NCBI GenBank assembly: GCA_964636855.1
Contig: CAZWVD010000002.1
Span: 1 to 37,922, forward strand
Length of the DNA: 37,922 bases
Direction: 5' to 3'
Source: an uncultured Gammaproteobacteria bacterium
Lineage (GTDB): Bacteria > Patescibacteriota > Patescibacteriia > UBA1558 > S5-K13
The notes under the pieces were generated by a model. The model was given only the letters and a program-made list of their open reading frames with translations. It was not told the DNA's origin and did not search any database. Of the stretch, positions 8,921 through 17,621 are shown piece after piece (position 1 is the stretch's first letter; every line of letters starts with the position of its first letter). Position numbers and translations under genes: made by a program.

Positions 8921-9589
8921 TTATGGATAGCAGCTATAATTCTGAATAAAGTAACCTTTGAACACAGCCGCACCGTCCATAGTTCCGTTAAAGTCAGCAA
9001 CGTTCTTTTCGACCTCATCTGCGTCAGCAACAACTGTTGCCTCAGTGGCCTCTTTTACGCCATCAATACTTGACCATCCCCATGAACCTGCATCTGCCAT
9101 ACATTTACGAAGGCCAATCTTTTCTCCGACTCCGATAGACCATGACGCGCTAAACGGAGAGTCCTCTGCGCCCGCAGGCCATACAACAGAACTAACGGTC
9201 TTAAACGCTTTCGCGCCTGTGACTGCAGTTGTCTGGTTTGCAGAAAAGACAAACGTTTCGTTAATGGAAGCGCCTGCGATATTTGTTCCGCTAACCGTAA
9301 GCGTTGTTGCTGCAACGTCTGCAGTAGTGTCGCCAGGTATAATAACCAAGTTACGCGGAACGTCGGGCTGTTGGTCAAAAGATGTAAGCGTATGAGCCGC
9401 CGCACTTTCTGGGCCAACATATCCATCTAATACCATTGTATTGCTCGCCGCTAAAGGGGCGCCGAAGCTTTGAACCTCGAGCACGGCCTGTCGTGGCAAC
9501 TTGATATCCCTATAGAATGGCTGCACGTTCTGAGCGGTTGCCGTAGCGCCCACTAGAAGCGTTGCCAAAATTGAAATTAACATATTCAT
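8921..9589 (-). CDS. Hypothetical head-module protein with signal-peptide-like N-terminus
   Basis: N-terminus MNMLISILATLLVGATATAQNV. SD GGGAG upstream. Beta-rich, A/T/S/G-rich body. Confidence 0.75.
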   Translation of the reverse strand: MNMLISILATLLVGATATAQNVQPFYRDIKLPRQAVLEVQSFGAPLAASNTMVLDGYVGPESAAAHTLTSFDQQPDVPRNLVIIPGDTTADVAATTLTVSGTNIAGASINETFVFSANQTTAVTGAKAFKTVSSVVWPAGAEDSPFSASWSIGVGEKIGLRKCMADAGSWGWSSIDGVKEATEATVVADADEVEKNVADFNGTMDGAAVFKGYFIQNYSCYP

Positions 9590-9642
9590 ATTTTCTCCCG
9601 TATCAAGATAAGCAGGGGCACCATGCCCCCGCTAACTTTACA

Positions 9643-10581
9643 TTAAGCAATCGCACTCTTAATAAGGTACGCAGCGTTAACGTTAGAAAATAGCTGATCG
9701 TAGCTATCCTCAACGAGGATTTCCGTGGCGCCCGGAGGATTGAACTTGGCCTCTTTATAAACCTTGCGAGGGGCCTCGCCTTCATGACGAACAGTGTATC
9801 CAAGAGAAACCTGCATAACTTGAGGACGCTCTGGAATTACTGCGAAAACAATATTTTTTCCCCACACAGAAGCTAAAGAAGATGTTTGTCCCTCTTGAGC
9901 ACTCTCGTACTTCGCCTCGCCAATCATGACTTTCTCAACGCCGGCAGCAGCAGCAAGTTCTTGCTCTTTCAATCCACCCGGACGATTCTCCTTGAAACCA
10001 AGGTTGTCCAAGATTTGAGGATGAAAACGAAGCTTGTTCCAAACATCCCAGCTCAAAATCATTGCATTTGGAACTTCACCGCAACCGTCATAAACAGCCG
10101 CACGAGCTGTAGAAAAATCAGCAATAGGATCACTGTTTAAGTAATCATTGTATTGCTGATTTCCAGCTAGCGTTACGTTTTGAGTAAGGACCGCTGTGTT
10201 GCCAAGCTGATCGGCCAGCGCCTTTTCTTTTTCAAGCCAGAGCAAAGTCTGTAGTGCTAAAACTACATCCTCTTCAGCTTTAAAAGGATCAATAACGTTT
10301 CTATAGTCCTCTTTAGTAACTAGGTCTGAAAGGCCGTGACCCTCAATTTCAAAACCTGTTGTGTCGCGAACGATAGAATCGACCTGACGAAACTTGCCCT
10401 TACCGCCCTTAACTGTGTTAAGGATTCGCAAGTGCGATGTTCCATATTTGCCGAGCTTACCAGTCGTTTCTTTGCTGGTAACAACTGGCAAGATCATCTC
10501 TGAAAGATACTTCTTTGGTACATAACCGGAGGCAACTCCAGTCAGTAACTTATCTACAATAGCCCTTAATTGTGTACTCAC
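9643..10581 (-). CDS. Major capsid protein
   Basis: 312 aa, directly downstream of the scaffold/protease and decoration-like genes. Size and position are typical. Family not resolved by eye. Confidence 0.7.
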   Translation of the reverse strand: MSTQLRAIVDKLLTGVASGYVPKKYLSEMILPVVTSKETTGKLGKYGTSHLRILNTVKGGKGKFRQVDSIVRDTTGFEIEGHGLSDLVTKEDYRNVIDPFKAEEDVVLALQTLLWLEKEKALADQLGNTAVLTQNVTLAGNQQYNDYLNSDPIADFSTARAAVYDGCGEVPNAMILSWDVWNKLRFHPQILDNLGFKENRPGGLKEQELAAAAGVEKVMIGEAKYESAQEGQTSSLASVWGKNIVFAVIPERPQVMQVSLGYTVRHEGEAPRKVYKEAKFNPPGATEILVEDSYDQLFSNVNAAYLIKSAIA

Positions 10582-10594
10582 TATAACCCCCTAA

Positions 10595-10972
10595 TTATGA
10601 TTGAGCCGCTGTTGCTTGGAATGGACCAATAACATTAACGCTAAAGATGTCGTTATCTACTGCGTCCTCTAATGCCTGTGCGATAACAATATCACTTGCG
10701 TTTGCGACTTTTACTAAGTGACCGCTCCCGTCAAAGCCCAAAAGATTTCCAGCAGAAATACTTCCAGCAGCTAGACCGTAACCGCCGCCACCATGCATCG
10801 CGACCTCTACTAGTTGACCGCTTGATGCGTCGCACTGAGCCAGACCAATTGAGCGGTCTGTTGCCGCAGCACAAGCAACAACGTTACCAGAACTAAGCTT
10901 AACCGCCTGTCCTTTAACAATGCTTCCGCCTGCTCGAAAGGAATGAAGCCTTCGTGATAAAACTGAACTCAT
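10595..10972 (-). CDS. Head decoration / capsid cement-like protein (DUF2190-like)
   Basis: 125 aa, G/A-rich. ...GQAVKLSSGNVVACAAATDRSIGLAQ...GQLVEVAMHGGG... resembles the DUF2190 family. Lies between scaffold and capsid genes. Confidence 0.5.
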   Translation of the reverse strand: MSSVLSRRLHSFRAGGSIVKGQAVKLSSGNVVACAAATDRSIGLAQCDASSGQLVEVAMHGGGGYGLAAGSISAGNLLGFDGSGHLVKVANASDIVIAQALEDAVDNDIFSVNVIGPFQATAAQS

Positions 10973-10982
10973 CTAAACCCCC

Positions 10983-11927
10983 TTATTTTTTCTCTTCTAA
11001 TTTTTTTCTAAGATCTGGTTTCTCGGCTCTAACTTGACGAATAGCCTCGCCAAGCGTCATTGATTTTTCCTTAACCAGCTTTTCTGCAAGCTCCATGATT
11101 TGCTCTTCTGGAGACTTTTCGCCCGTATTCGTTGTGTCTGTGCCATGACCGTCCTCATTAAGCTTAAGCGGCTTTGCTAGCTCCGCAAACTTAACCATGT
11201 CTCCAGCTAAGAAGGCCTCCTCTTGAGCCGGAACAGCTTTTTTCTCAGAAAGCAAAAGGCGAAACTTTTCTTTCTTTTCGCTCAATGCCTTCTCTTCCTC
11301 CGCTTTCTTTGCGGCCGCCTCATATTCGGCAAGCTTTTTTTGCATCTCGCCCATCTGAGCCTCTTGATCATTGAGCTTATCTTTTAGCCCTTGAATTTCT
11401 TGATCTTTTGGATCCATGTCATAACCTCCGTTATTATTTTCTGTTTCCATTAGTTCGATCACGGGCTTCATGTTTTTAATAACAGGCCGATTCGTCAGAC
11501 CTGCGCCAAAAAGAGTTGGCCCGTGACTTTTCTTTGTTTCGTTGTGAATAAAATCGAATGTGAAATCCGCAGATAAATAACGGAATTCTTTATCAGATAA
11601 AACCTTTTCGCCCTTTGGCGTCCACTCAACATTAAGCCATAGCTCTTGGCCGTCCTCAGAAAGCTCGACTGATTTAATCCATCCAGCCGCTACCTTCTCC
11701 GACTCATGAGCGTAATCAATTGCTAAGTCTACCCCTCGGACCTTGCCCTCAAAGTTATGCTTCATAGCAAGAAGGTGCTCTTTCTTTATTTCGAATTTTC
11801 CATATTCAGGATGAGAGAATGTTCCGCATCTCATCACTTGTACTTTTGGCGGAACCTTAGAGTCAGACGACTCGCTTAGTGTAATATGAACGGGAACGCC
11901 ACTGAATGTTCTATGTTGCTTACTCAT
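10983..11927 (-). CDS. Mu gpI-like head protease/scaffold protein
   Basis: DLAIDYAHESEKVAAGWIKSVELSEDGQELWLNVEWTPKGEKVLSDKEFRYLSADF matches the iDyeH...aaGWi...dG.LWa.veWT...YRYlSp pattern of Mu protein I. The C-terminal half is E/K/A-rich coiled coil (scaffold-like). ATG 11927 preferred over the upstream TTG 11942. Confidence 0.75.
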   Translation of the reverse strand: MSKQHRTFSGVPVHITLSESSDSKVPPKVQVMRCGTFSHPEYGKFEIKKEHLLAMKHNFEGKVRGVDLAIDYAHESEKVAAGWIKSVELSEDGQELWLNVEWTPKGEKVLSDKEFRYLSADFTFDFIHNETKKSHGPTLFGAGLTNRPVIKNMKPVIELMETENNNGGYDMDPKDQEIQGLKDKLNDQEAQMGEMQKKLAEYEAAAKKAEEEKALSEKKEKFRLLLSEKKAVPAQEEAFLAGDMVKFAELAKPLKLNEDGHGTDTTNTGEKSPEEQIMELAEKLVKEKSMTLGEAIRQVRAEKPDLRKKLEEKK

Positions 11928-11979
11928 GTTGTCTCGCCTCAATGTTGCAAATACTATCGTTGCTAATTATTTAAAAAAA

Positions 11980-13074
11980 TCAAGCTTTAAGTTTGCCGTA
12001 AACCAAGGTCGCTCCCTTCTTATCAATAACATGACTTTTAAATGACCCGTCTAAAAAATCACTAGGGCGGCGCTGTCTGAATCTATAACTAGACTCAGTT
12101 TCATCAACGTCAAGATGTTCTGCTCCAACATCGCGAGCTATCTGTTTAGCGCCTTCTAATGACTTGGCTACTTCTTTAGAGACTATGATCGTTTGTAATT
12201 GGCCTTCACGCGGCCTTGCGATCTCTCTGAGTATCAAATCAAAATCAAACTCGCCAAACTGAATAGACTTCTCTGCCTTAGCAGTAACCCTAATAGCCTT
12301 GATTTCCTTTGTTCCAAGATTTCCAACAAGAATCGGACGAATCCACGACTTACAATTAAAATGGAGCGGCGGGTAATATCTATGCAAATTCGGATCGTCT
12401 TTTGAAAAAACAGATCCGGCTAGCTCCTGGCATATCTCGCTGACAGGATCTCCATTAACAAACTCAAACGCCTCTATTTCCTTTGAAACCTCATCGTCTA
12501 AAAAGAACGCAAGCCTAGCCTCATTTACTATCTGACCCGCTGCGGCGCTTGCTCCTGCATTGATGGCGTTTCCAGCAATAAACTCCTCTGCGGAATCTTT
12601 CAGATCTTTGCTAAGCAAGCTTTCAGAGTCGGTCGAATCTATAGATGAGTTAAACTGAAAAAAGATTGCGGCCTCTAAGTCGGACATTTGCTTCCCGATC
12701 ATTAGCCCAAGCATAGACATAAGTCGTCTCTTTATGTCTGGAGGAAGCTTGTCAAACTCGCCAAGCTTTAAAGACTCTTCGTCAAATGCAAGCTTAACAT
12801 TCTTTTTCGCAGGTACTTCTTTGCGAGCCTTCTCCAGAGCATCTGCGGCAACAACTGCATAGGCCGAAAGCAATGCCTCTTTGTATGAAGAAACTCCAGT
12901 AGTAGAAATATCTTTTATTGAATTAAATCTTTGAGAGTCTGTTAGCCTTCTATATTTTGACATGATTTGTTCGATCATGTTTTCAGCTATGTAAGAAAGG
13001 TTTTCGCGCATGACCTCTTTTATGGCATCAGTAGATTCTTTAATGTCTTTTCTAACATTTGTTTTACTCGCCAT
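11980..13074 (-). CDS. MuF-like minor head protein (SPP1 gp7 family)
   Basis: Motif CQELAGSVFSKDDPNLHRYYPPLHFNCKSWIRPI (C..C...PP.H.nC). Position right after the portal. Confidence 0.8.
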   Translation of the reverse strand: MASKTNVRKDIKESTDAIKEVMRENLSYIAENMIEQIMSKYRRLTDSQRFNSIKDISTTGVSSYKEALLSAYAVVAADALEKARKEVPAKKNVKLAFDEESLKLGEFDKLPPDIKRRLMSMLGLMIGKQMSDLEAAIFFQFNSSIDSTDSESLLSKDLKDSAEEFIAGNAINAGASAAAGQIVNEARLAFFLDDEVSKEIEAFEFVNGDPVSEICQELAGSVFSKDDPNLHRYYPPLHFNCKSWIRPILVGNLGTKEIKAIRVTAKAEKSIQFGEFDFDLILREIARPREGQLQTIIVSKEVAKSLEGAKQIARDVGAEHLDVDETESSYRFRQRRPSDFLDGSFKSHVIDKKGATLVYGKLKA

Positions 13075-13273
13075 TGCCTTGCCTTAGCAGCTCTCTTCGA
13101 ATAACCTTAACCTCTTTAGGTGCTTTTATCTGGATCACCATTTCGCCTCGATGAAACCTTATAAGATTAACCTCGCAAACCTTTCCATCTAGAATAATAA
13201 CAATGCCCTCACCCACGCGCCTGCGCAAAGCTAACCCGCCAGGAGTTATTGGATTTAACGTCTCTTCGCTCAT
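13064..13273 (-). CDS. csrA: CsrA/RsmA-family RNA-binding regulator homologue (69 aa)
   Basis: LALRRRVGEGIVI...VIQIKAPKEVKVIRRELL aligns by eye with E. coli CsrA (LILTRRVGETLMI...RIGVNAPKEVSVHREEI). ATGA overlap with the portal stop; the 3' end overlaps the MuF start. Confidence 0.75.
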   Translation of the reverse strand: MSEETLNPITPGGLALRRRVGEGIVIILDGKVCEVNLIRFHRGEMVIQIKAPKEVKVIRRELLRQGNGE

Positions 13274-14664
13274 GATATTCGGCGCTTTTCTGCAGCCCTA
13301 ATCCTATTGAGGATAGAGTTTTCGCTCATAGGTAAGGGCGCGAAAGGGGACTGTTGTTGATTTTGTTGCTGTCTCTGCCCCTCTGCGCTTGCTTGTGGTA
13401 ACTTATATTTTTCTCGAGCAAACTTTTCTAGCCTGTCGTCCGCAATTACAACCCTTGAGCCAGTCAAGATTTGCAGTATTTCCGCAAGCTCCTTACCGGC
13501 CTTATCACTTATGCCAGTATGAGTGATTTTAGGGTAGGTCTCGCGCTCGCCTTTGTTCATTCCTATTAGTTCAGGTATAATCGTCTTGTTAATATCTGCT
13601 ATAATAATCTTTGCTATATAATCTAAGCCTGCAGTGAAGAAATCAGAAAGATCATTAGATAAAGCGTATGAGCCGCCTGCAGAACCCTGGCCAAGATTCA
13701 AAAAGTTCGCAACAAACGCGTTAACCATTCGCCGGTCCTCTGCGTCTATCGACTTCTCAACCTTTTCAGGATCGTAAGTGTTATTTACTAAAGTAACTTT
13801 CCATCCGGTCGGATGCGTTATGTACTGTGATTCGTGTCCTACGAAGTTCTCAAGCGCTTCAATTAGATTGTCGTATTGTTCACCGGAAAGATCTACTTCT
13901 GGTATTTCTGCAACCGGAGTTGGTATTGCGAACTTCTCAATCCCAATAGCATTTAGCTTAAGATATACGTTCTTTCTTTTGTATGCTCCATATAGAGGCC
14001 GAAGCATTGATATGCCCTCGTAATTCGATCCCTCTCTGTTGAGGGAAATCACGGTTAGAAACCTAGCGTCCATATCAATGTACCTATTAAGGTCGCCATG
14101 TGCTAGCTGCGTTACGCTCTTAAGCGTTCCATCCTCTGGATTTAAGTTCCATCTCTCCAGGGTCTTTGGCGAGCGCCATCCCATGTTCTTAAGCCCGACA
14201 TAAGACCCAAACTTTTTGCCATAAAAAATCTTGTGAGTTCTTTCAAAGACGCTCACGCCAAATTCACAGGCTGTTAGGGCCTCTGTAATGTACTGATCCC
14301 AATCAAGATCTTTAAAAAGAACCTGCTCAATTAACTCCGCATCTTGCTTGGCCTCTTCCGAATCATCTCCTGGCTGCACTGTCCATACCGCAGATCGAAT
14401 CAAGTTCTTAACTGCCAATAGCAACATCATGACGGTTGTATCAGAGCGCCGCATTTTGTCGAACTCATCCGCTCGACGATTGCCCTTTAGTGCATTTAGG
14501 TATTCTTCGTTAGGATATCCAGAAAATACTTCTGTACCGCTAGAGCCTTGTTCTTTGGAGTGTATAACCTTAACTATGTTTCTTGGTTCATTTTCAGACG
14601 GTAAATTTGGCTCTGCGAACATCGCTCGGAATGTCCTTTTAAGCCAGCCCTGTTGTTCTCTCAT
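13270..14664 (-). CDS. Portal protein
   Basis: 464 aa, between TerL (ATGA overlap) and the MuF-like gene. Size and position are typical, possibly Mu gp29/DUF935-like. Confidence 0.8.
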   Translation of the reverse strand: MREQQGWLKRTFRAMFAEPNLPSENEPRNIVKVIHSKEQGSSGTEVFSGYPNEEYLNALKGNRRADEFDKMRRSDTTVMMLLLAVKNLIRSAVWTVQPGDDSEEAKQDAELIEQVLFKDLDWDQYITEALTACEFGVSVFERTHKIFYGKKFGSYVGLKNMGWRSPKTLERWNLNPEDGTLKSVTQLAHGDLNRYIDMDARFLTVISLNREGSNYEGISMLRPLYGAYKRKNVYLKLNAIGIEKFAIPTPVAEIPEVDLSGEQYDNLIEALENFVGHESQYITHPTGWKVTLVNNTYDPEKVEKSIDAEDRRMVNAFVANFLNLGQGSAGGSYALSNDLSDFFTAGLDYIAKIIIADINKTIIPELIGMNKGERETYPKITHTGISDKAGKELAEILQILTGSRVVIADDRLEKFAREKYKLPQASAEGQRQQQNQQQSPFAPLPMSENSILNRIRAAEKRRIS

Positions 14665-16034
14665 TCGTCGTAGTCCTCGTTTCGAACAATCTTGCTCTTG
14701 CTCTTTCTAACGTGCCCCCTGGAAAATTGTCCAGGAGCTTGCGTTAGCAAGTTAAATGCTCCGCTTGCCGCATCAACTTGATCGTCTATATCAAGGTCCG
14801 GGAAGCCAACCAATTCGTCAAGAAAAAGATCGTTCCACTTCCCGCGAAGCAGCTTTACGTTCCCAGCCTCGCATTGTGCTGAAAGCGGCTTGGCCCTAGT
14901 CTGCTTATCTTTACTCTCTTTTTCAACTTTAATTAAATATCCAGCCAATGCTTTTATGTAATCATCTTTTTCATACACTCCAGCTTGACCAGGGTCTTGC
15001 TTAAGACCAACTATAACTCGCTTTCCGTCTTGACTTGCGGTGTTAAGTATTAGTTGTTTAACCTTACCTGGCGTCCCTTGGATTCTTTTAACATCAGAAA
15101 TAAAGAAACCTCCGGAAGTACTTTTTTCCATTCTTAGTCCGACCGTCCAGTCAGCATCTTTGCTTTCGCTTGCCGCCTTATCCCAACATCTTATGCTTGT
15201 TCTTATATCATGTGGCAGCGCATCAACAATTTCAAACCAATCTCTTTTAAAGAAGTTTCCTGAAGACGGCTTCACATTCCAATTACCTTTCAATAATTGC
15301 ATTCTGTCTACGTAACTAAGGGCCTCTAGATTTGCACGGTAACTAGGATCTTTTTCTAACAATATTCTGTTATCATCAAGCTTTGCGGCAATAAATGTAA
15401 CTGACTTAGATTCGCCGTCCGGCTTTTCGTCGTACCAGACTATCTCGTTATTAACCCTCTTGAACCATCTTATTATGCCGTCTCTCTCTGGAATAGGATA
15501 ACCATCTTCTCCTATCCACCAATCAATAAAACGTCTAACCCAAGAGTCTGGGCTTGGGTTAGTTGTCGCTCTAATGTATCCAGGAACGCCAGATCCAGAT
15601 CTATTTCTAGAAAGCATATAAAAGAACTGCTTTTCTGAGAAGTGTGTCAACTCATCAAAACCTATATACGGTATCTGTGCGCCCTGCCAATCATATATGT
15701 TTTTCTCATATTCCAAGTGTGCAAACTTAATTTGCATCCCGCTTGGAAACGTCATCGTCAACGAGCTGTTATTTGGCTTTGCTCTAAGCGGAAGATATAG
15801 ACTCTCGGCCTCATCCCATAAACCGCCAGGGTTGGTTATTTGCGGAGTTGTACGCCTAAATATGACGCCGGAAAACAATCCATTCTCAATGTGGCGTAGT
15901 GGTTCACATAGAAGAGAAAAGGTTTTACCACCTCCGGCTGCACCACCGTATATAACTATATCGGCTGCCATTGATAAAAACTTTGTTTGTGGTCCAGATT
16001 GTGGACCTATATCAATCCTTTTTGCTTCGGCCAT
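14661..16034 (-). CDS. terL: Terminase large subunit
   Basis: Walker A YGGAAGGGKTF, ATPase/nuclease-sized 457 aa. Follows the small subunit with a 23-nt overlap. Confidence 0.9.
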   Translation of the reverse strand: MAEAKRIDIGPQSGPQTKFLSMAADIVIYGGAAGGGKTFSLLCEPLRHIENGLFSGVIFRRTTPQITNPGGLWDEAESLYLPLRAKPNNSSLTMTFPSGMQIKFAHLEYEKNIYDWQGAQIPYIGFDELTHFSEKQFFYMLSRNRSGSGVPGYIRATTNPSPDSWVRRFIDWWIGEDGYPIPERDGIIRWFKRVNNEIVWYDEKPDGESKSVTFIAAKLDDNRILLEKDPSYRANLEALSYVDRMQLLKGNWNVKPSSGNFFKRDWFEIVDALPHDIRTSIRCWDKAASESKDADWTVGLRMEKSTSGGFFISDVKRIQGTPGKVKQLILNTASQDGKRVIVGLKQDPGQAGVYEKDDYIKALAGYLIKVEKESKDKQTRAKPLSAQCEAGNVKLLRGKWNDLFLDELVGFPDLDIDDQVDAASGAFNLLTQAPGQFSRGHVRKSKSKIVRNEDYDE

Positions 16035-16434
16035 TATCTGGAATATTTAAAAATATCTGGGTTTGTTGCAGTGCCTCGCCGTTTTTACCAGTATGTTCAA
16101 GGTGTTGCGAATCTCTCCATCCAAACATATTTTTCATCATAAAGCACCATGCGGCGACTTGACCTTTTACTTGTCCAGTAGCTAGACCGTAACCTAGCTC
16201 TAGAAAATGAGCTTCTTGTGCTTTTCTAGCCTTTTTATAGGACTCAGAAAACTCAGGATGCTTTTCAGTCCAAGCAAGAAGCGTCTCAACGGTCACATCT
16301 ATTTGACAGGCAAATCGCTCAATGAATCCGCCTTCTTTACAGTGTCTAATGAGCATCTCTCCATACTCTTGCTTGTATTTAGAAGGTCGTCCACCAGGGT
16401 GTTTAGAGTTTAGTCCGCGTCTTGCTTTAGACAT
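16012..16434 (-). CDS. terS: Terminase small subunit
   Basis: N-terminus GGRPSKYKQEYGEMLIRHCKEGG...LAWTEKHPEFSESYKKAR is typical of HTH-type small terminases. Lies immediately upstream of TerL. Confidence 0.8.
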   Translation of the reverse strand: MSKARRGLNSKHPGGRPSKYKQEYGEMLIRHCKEGGFIERFACQIDVTVETLLAWTEKHPEFSESYKKARKAQEAHFLELGYGLATGQVKGQVAAWCFMMKNMFGWRDSQHLEHTGKNGEALQQTQIFLNIPDNGRSKKD

Positions 16435-17113
16435 TTACTTCACTTCTATATTGGAGCGCATCGGTCGGACTTTCACCGCCCCCTACTGACTGGCAGTCAG
16501 TCGTACTAGATTCTATACGTGATGCGCGTTTAGGATAAGAAAAAACACGATGCTTTAAAATATAATTTTGATCTAATATCTTTAGATACAAATGTTTTGT
16601 TTCTGATGGCGCGTGACGCCACCCTTCTGGGAACAATTTCTCGTTACCGTATTTTTGGCGAGCTGACCTTCCATGAACCTTTTTGCCATTGATAAAATAA
16701 TATGCCCCTTTATCTGATGTCTTTCTCTCGCCTAAATATAGCCATCCATTTGCCTGATAGATTCCTCCGTGATGTCCCTGGTTGGTTTTATCAGCATAGC
16801 TAAACACAAGTTTTATGCCAGGATTGCTTCTCTTTAAAAAGCCAATACTAATTTTCAAAATACGACTAACAGGCGTTTTATGATCTTTTAGACTAACACG
16901 AGTTAGTTCACATAACTCGGTTTGTTTTAAATTAAACATTTTAGCGGCATTATTATTGGCACCGTAAGAAAAGATAACAACGCCAGTAAACTTATTATTT
17001 TCCCAAACACCGACCTTAACCATCTTTCCAACAGGTAAACATTTAGAATAGTGCCAGTTCTTACAGGCATATTTAGCCGCTTCATGAGTTGCCCAATCAA
17101 TTTTTAGACTCAT
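16427..17113 (-). CDS. Mom-like (GNAT-fold) DNA-modification enzyme candidate
   Basis: WHYSKCLPVG...GVVIFSYGAN...ELCELTRVSL...LVFSYADKTNQGHHGGIYQANGWLYLG fits the HHYS...GV..FG...ELsRl...vSYAD...GH.G.iYqA.Nw.Y.G pattern I recall for Mom-family proteins. ATG 17113 (GAGAG upstream) preferred over 17158. Confidence 0.6.
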   Translation of the reverse strand: MSLKIDWATHEAAKYACKNWHYSKCLPVGKMVKVGVWENNKFTGVVIFSYGANNNAAKMFNLKQTELCELTRVSLKDHKTPVSRILKISIGFLKRSNPGIKLVFSYADKTNQGHHGGIYQANGWLYLGERKTSDKGAYYFINGKKVHGRSARQKYGNEKLFPEGWRHAPSETKHLYLKILDQNYILKHRVFSYPKRASRIESSTTDCQSVGGGESPTDALQYRSEVNV

Positions 17114-17318
17114 ACTCTCTCGCATTAAAATGATTTCCACACTCAGGACAATCAACAAATATTGGTGATTTTTGATCTAATTGTCCTTGGTCAGAAATGC
17201 TGCCAGACTCAAAGTTTAAATTTATTGACTTTGTTTCAAATGATTTTATGCCTAACATTGTTATCTCTACCGGCATAATCTCAATCTTTTTACTAATAGC
17301 ATCAACATCAAGCGCAGC
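17097..17318 (-). other. 73-codon open extension in frame behind the TGA of the ParB-like ORF; ends inside the Mom-like gene start
   Basis: Hand translation after TGA 17319-17321: AALDVDAISKKIEIMPVEITMLGIKSFETKSINLNFESGSISDQGQLDQKSPIFVDCPECGNHFNAREYESKN, stop at 17097-17099. There is an internal ATG at 17276. Confidence 0.4.
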
Positions 17319-17621
17319 TCACTCATCTTTGCCTATTGCGTTATCGCTAACTATAAAAGCGTACTCTTGGGCTTCATTTTCAAAGTCTTGGTAGTCTACT
17401 GGCACAACAGAAACATTTAACTTTTTTAAGGCCATTAATCTTCCGTGCCCAACAACAATAAATCCACTTCTCTTGCTTACAATAATTGGATGTCTTATGC
17501 CTTGATAATCTATTAGTTTTGCAAGCCGCTCTATTTGTTGTCCAGAGTGTTTATGCGGATTTTCAGGATGCGGCTGAAGCTTATGAATCGGAACTAGCTC
17601 GGCATAAGTACATTTAATCAT
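17319..17621 (-). CDS. ParB N-terminal (ParB/Srx nuclease-like) domain protein
   Basis: LQPHPENPHKHSGQQIERLAKLIDYQGIRHPIIVSKRSGFIVVGHGRLMALKKLNVSVVPV is the classic ParBc pattern (HP.NPR.H...GHgR..A...lG...vPv). Confidence 0.8.
   Translation of the reverse strand: MIKCTYAELVPIHKLQPHPENPHKHSGQQIERLAKLIDYQGIRHPIIVSKRSGFIVVGHGRLMALKKLNVSVVPVDYQDFENEAQEYAFIVSDNAIGKDE

Noticed and set aside
8958-9426. ORFs 8958..9395 (+) and 9055..9426 (-, alternative frame) overlapping 8921..9589
   Set aside because: Their translations are L/R/Q- or S/A/T-rich low complexity, typical of off-frame readings of an Ala/Thr/Gly-rich gene. Unlike the methylase +1 ORF, they contain no recognisable motifs.
17319-17321. 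Genome-wide TGA reassignment (code 4 or 25) suggested by the in-frame TGA in the ParB-like ORF
   Set aside because: Long genes (terminase, portal, tape measure) are intact under the standard code. Many gene junctions use ATGA with TGA as a functional stop, and Trp positions are encoded by TGG.
17197-17394. 65-aa plus-strand ORF in the gap between the ParB-like and Mom-like genes
   Set aside because: It is antisense to the operon, hydrophobic low complexity, and has no SD. The minus-strand in-frame extension is the better explanation for the open frame here.
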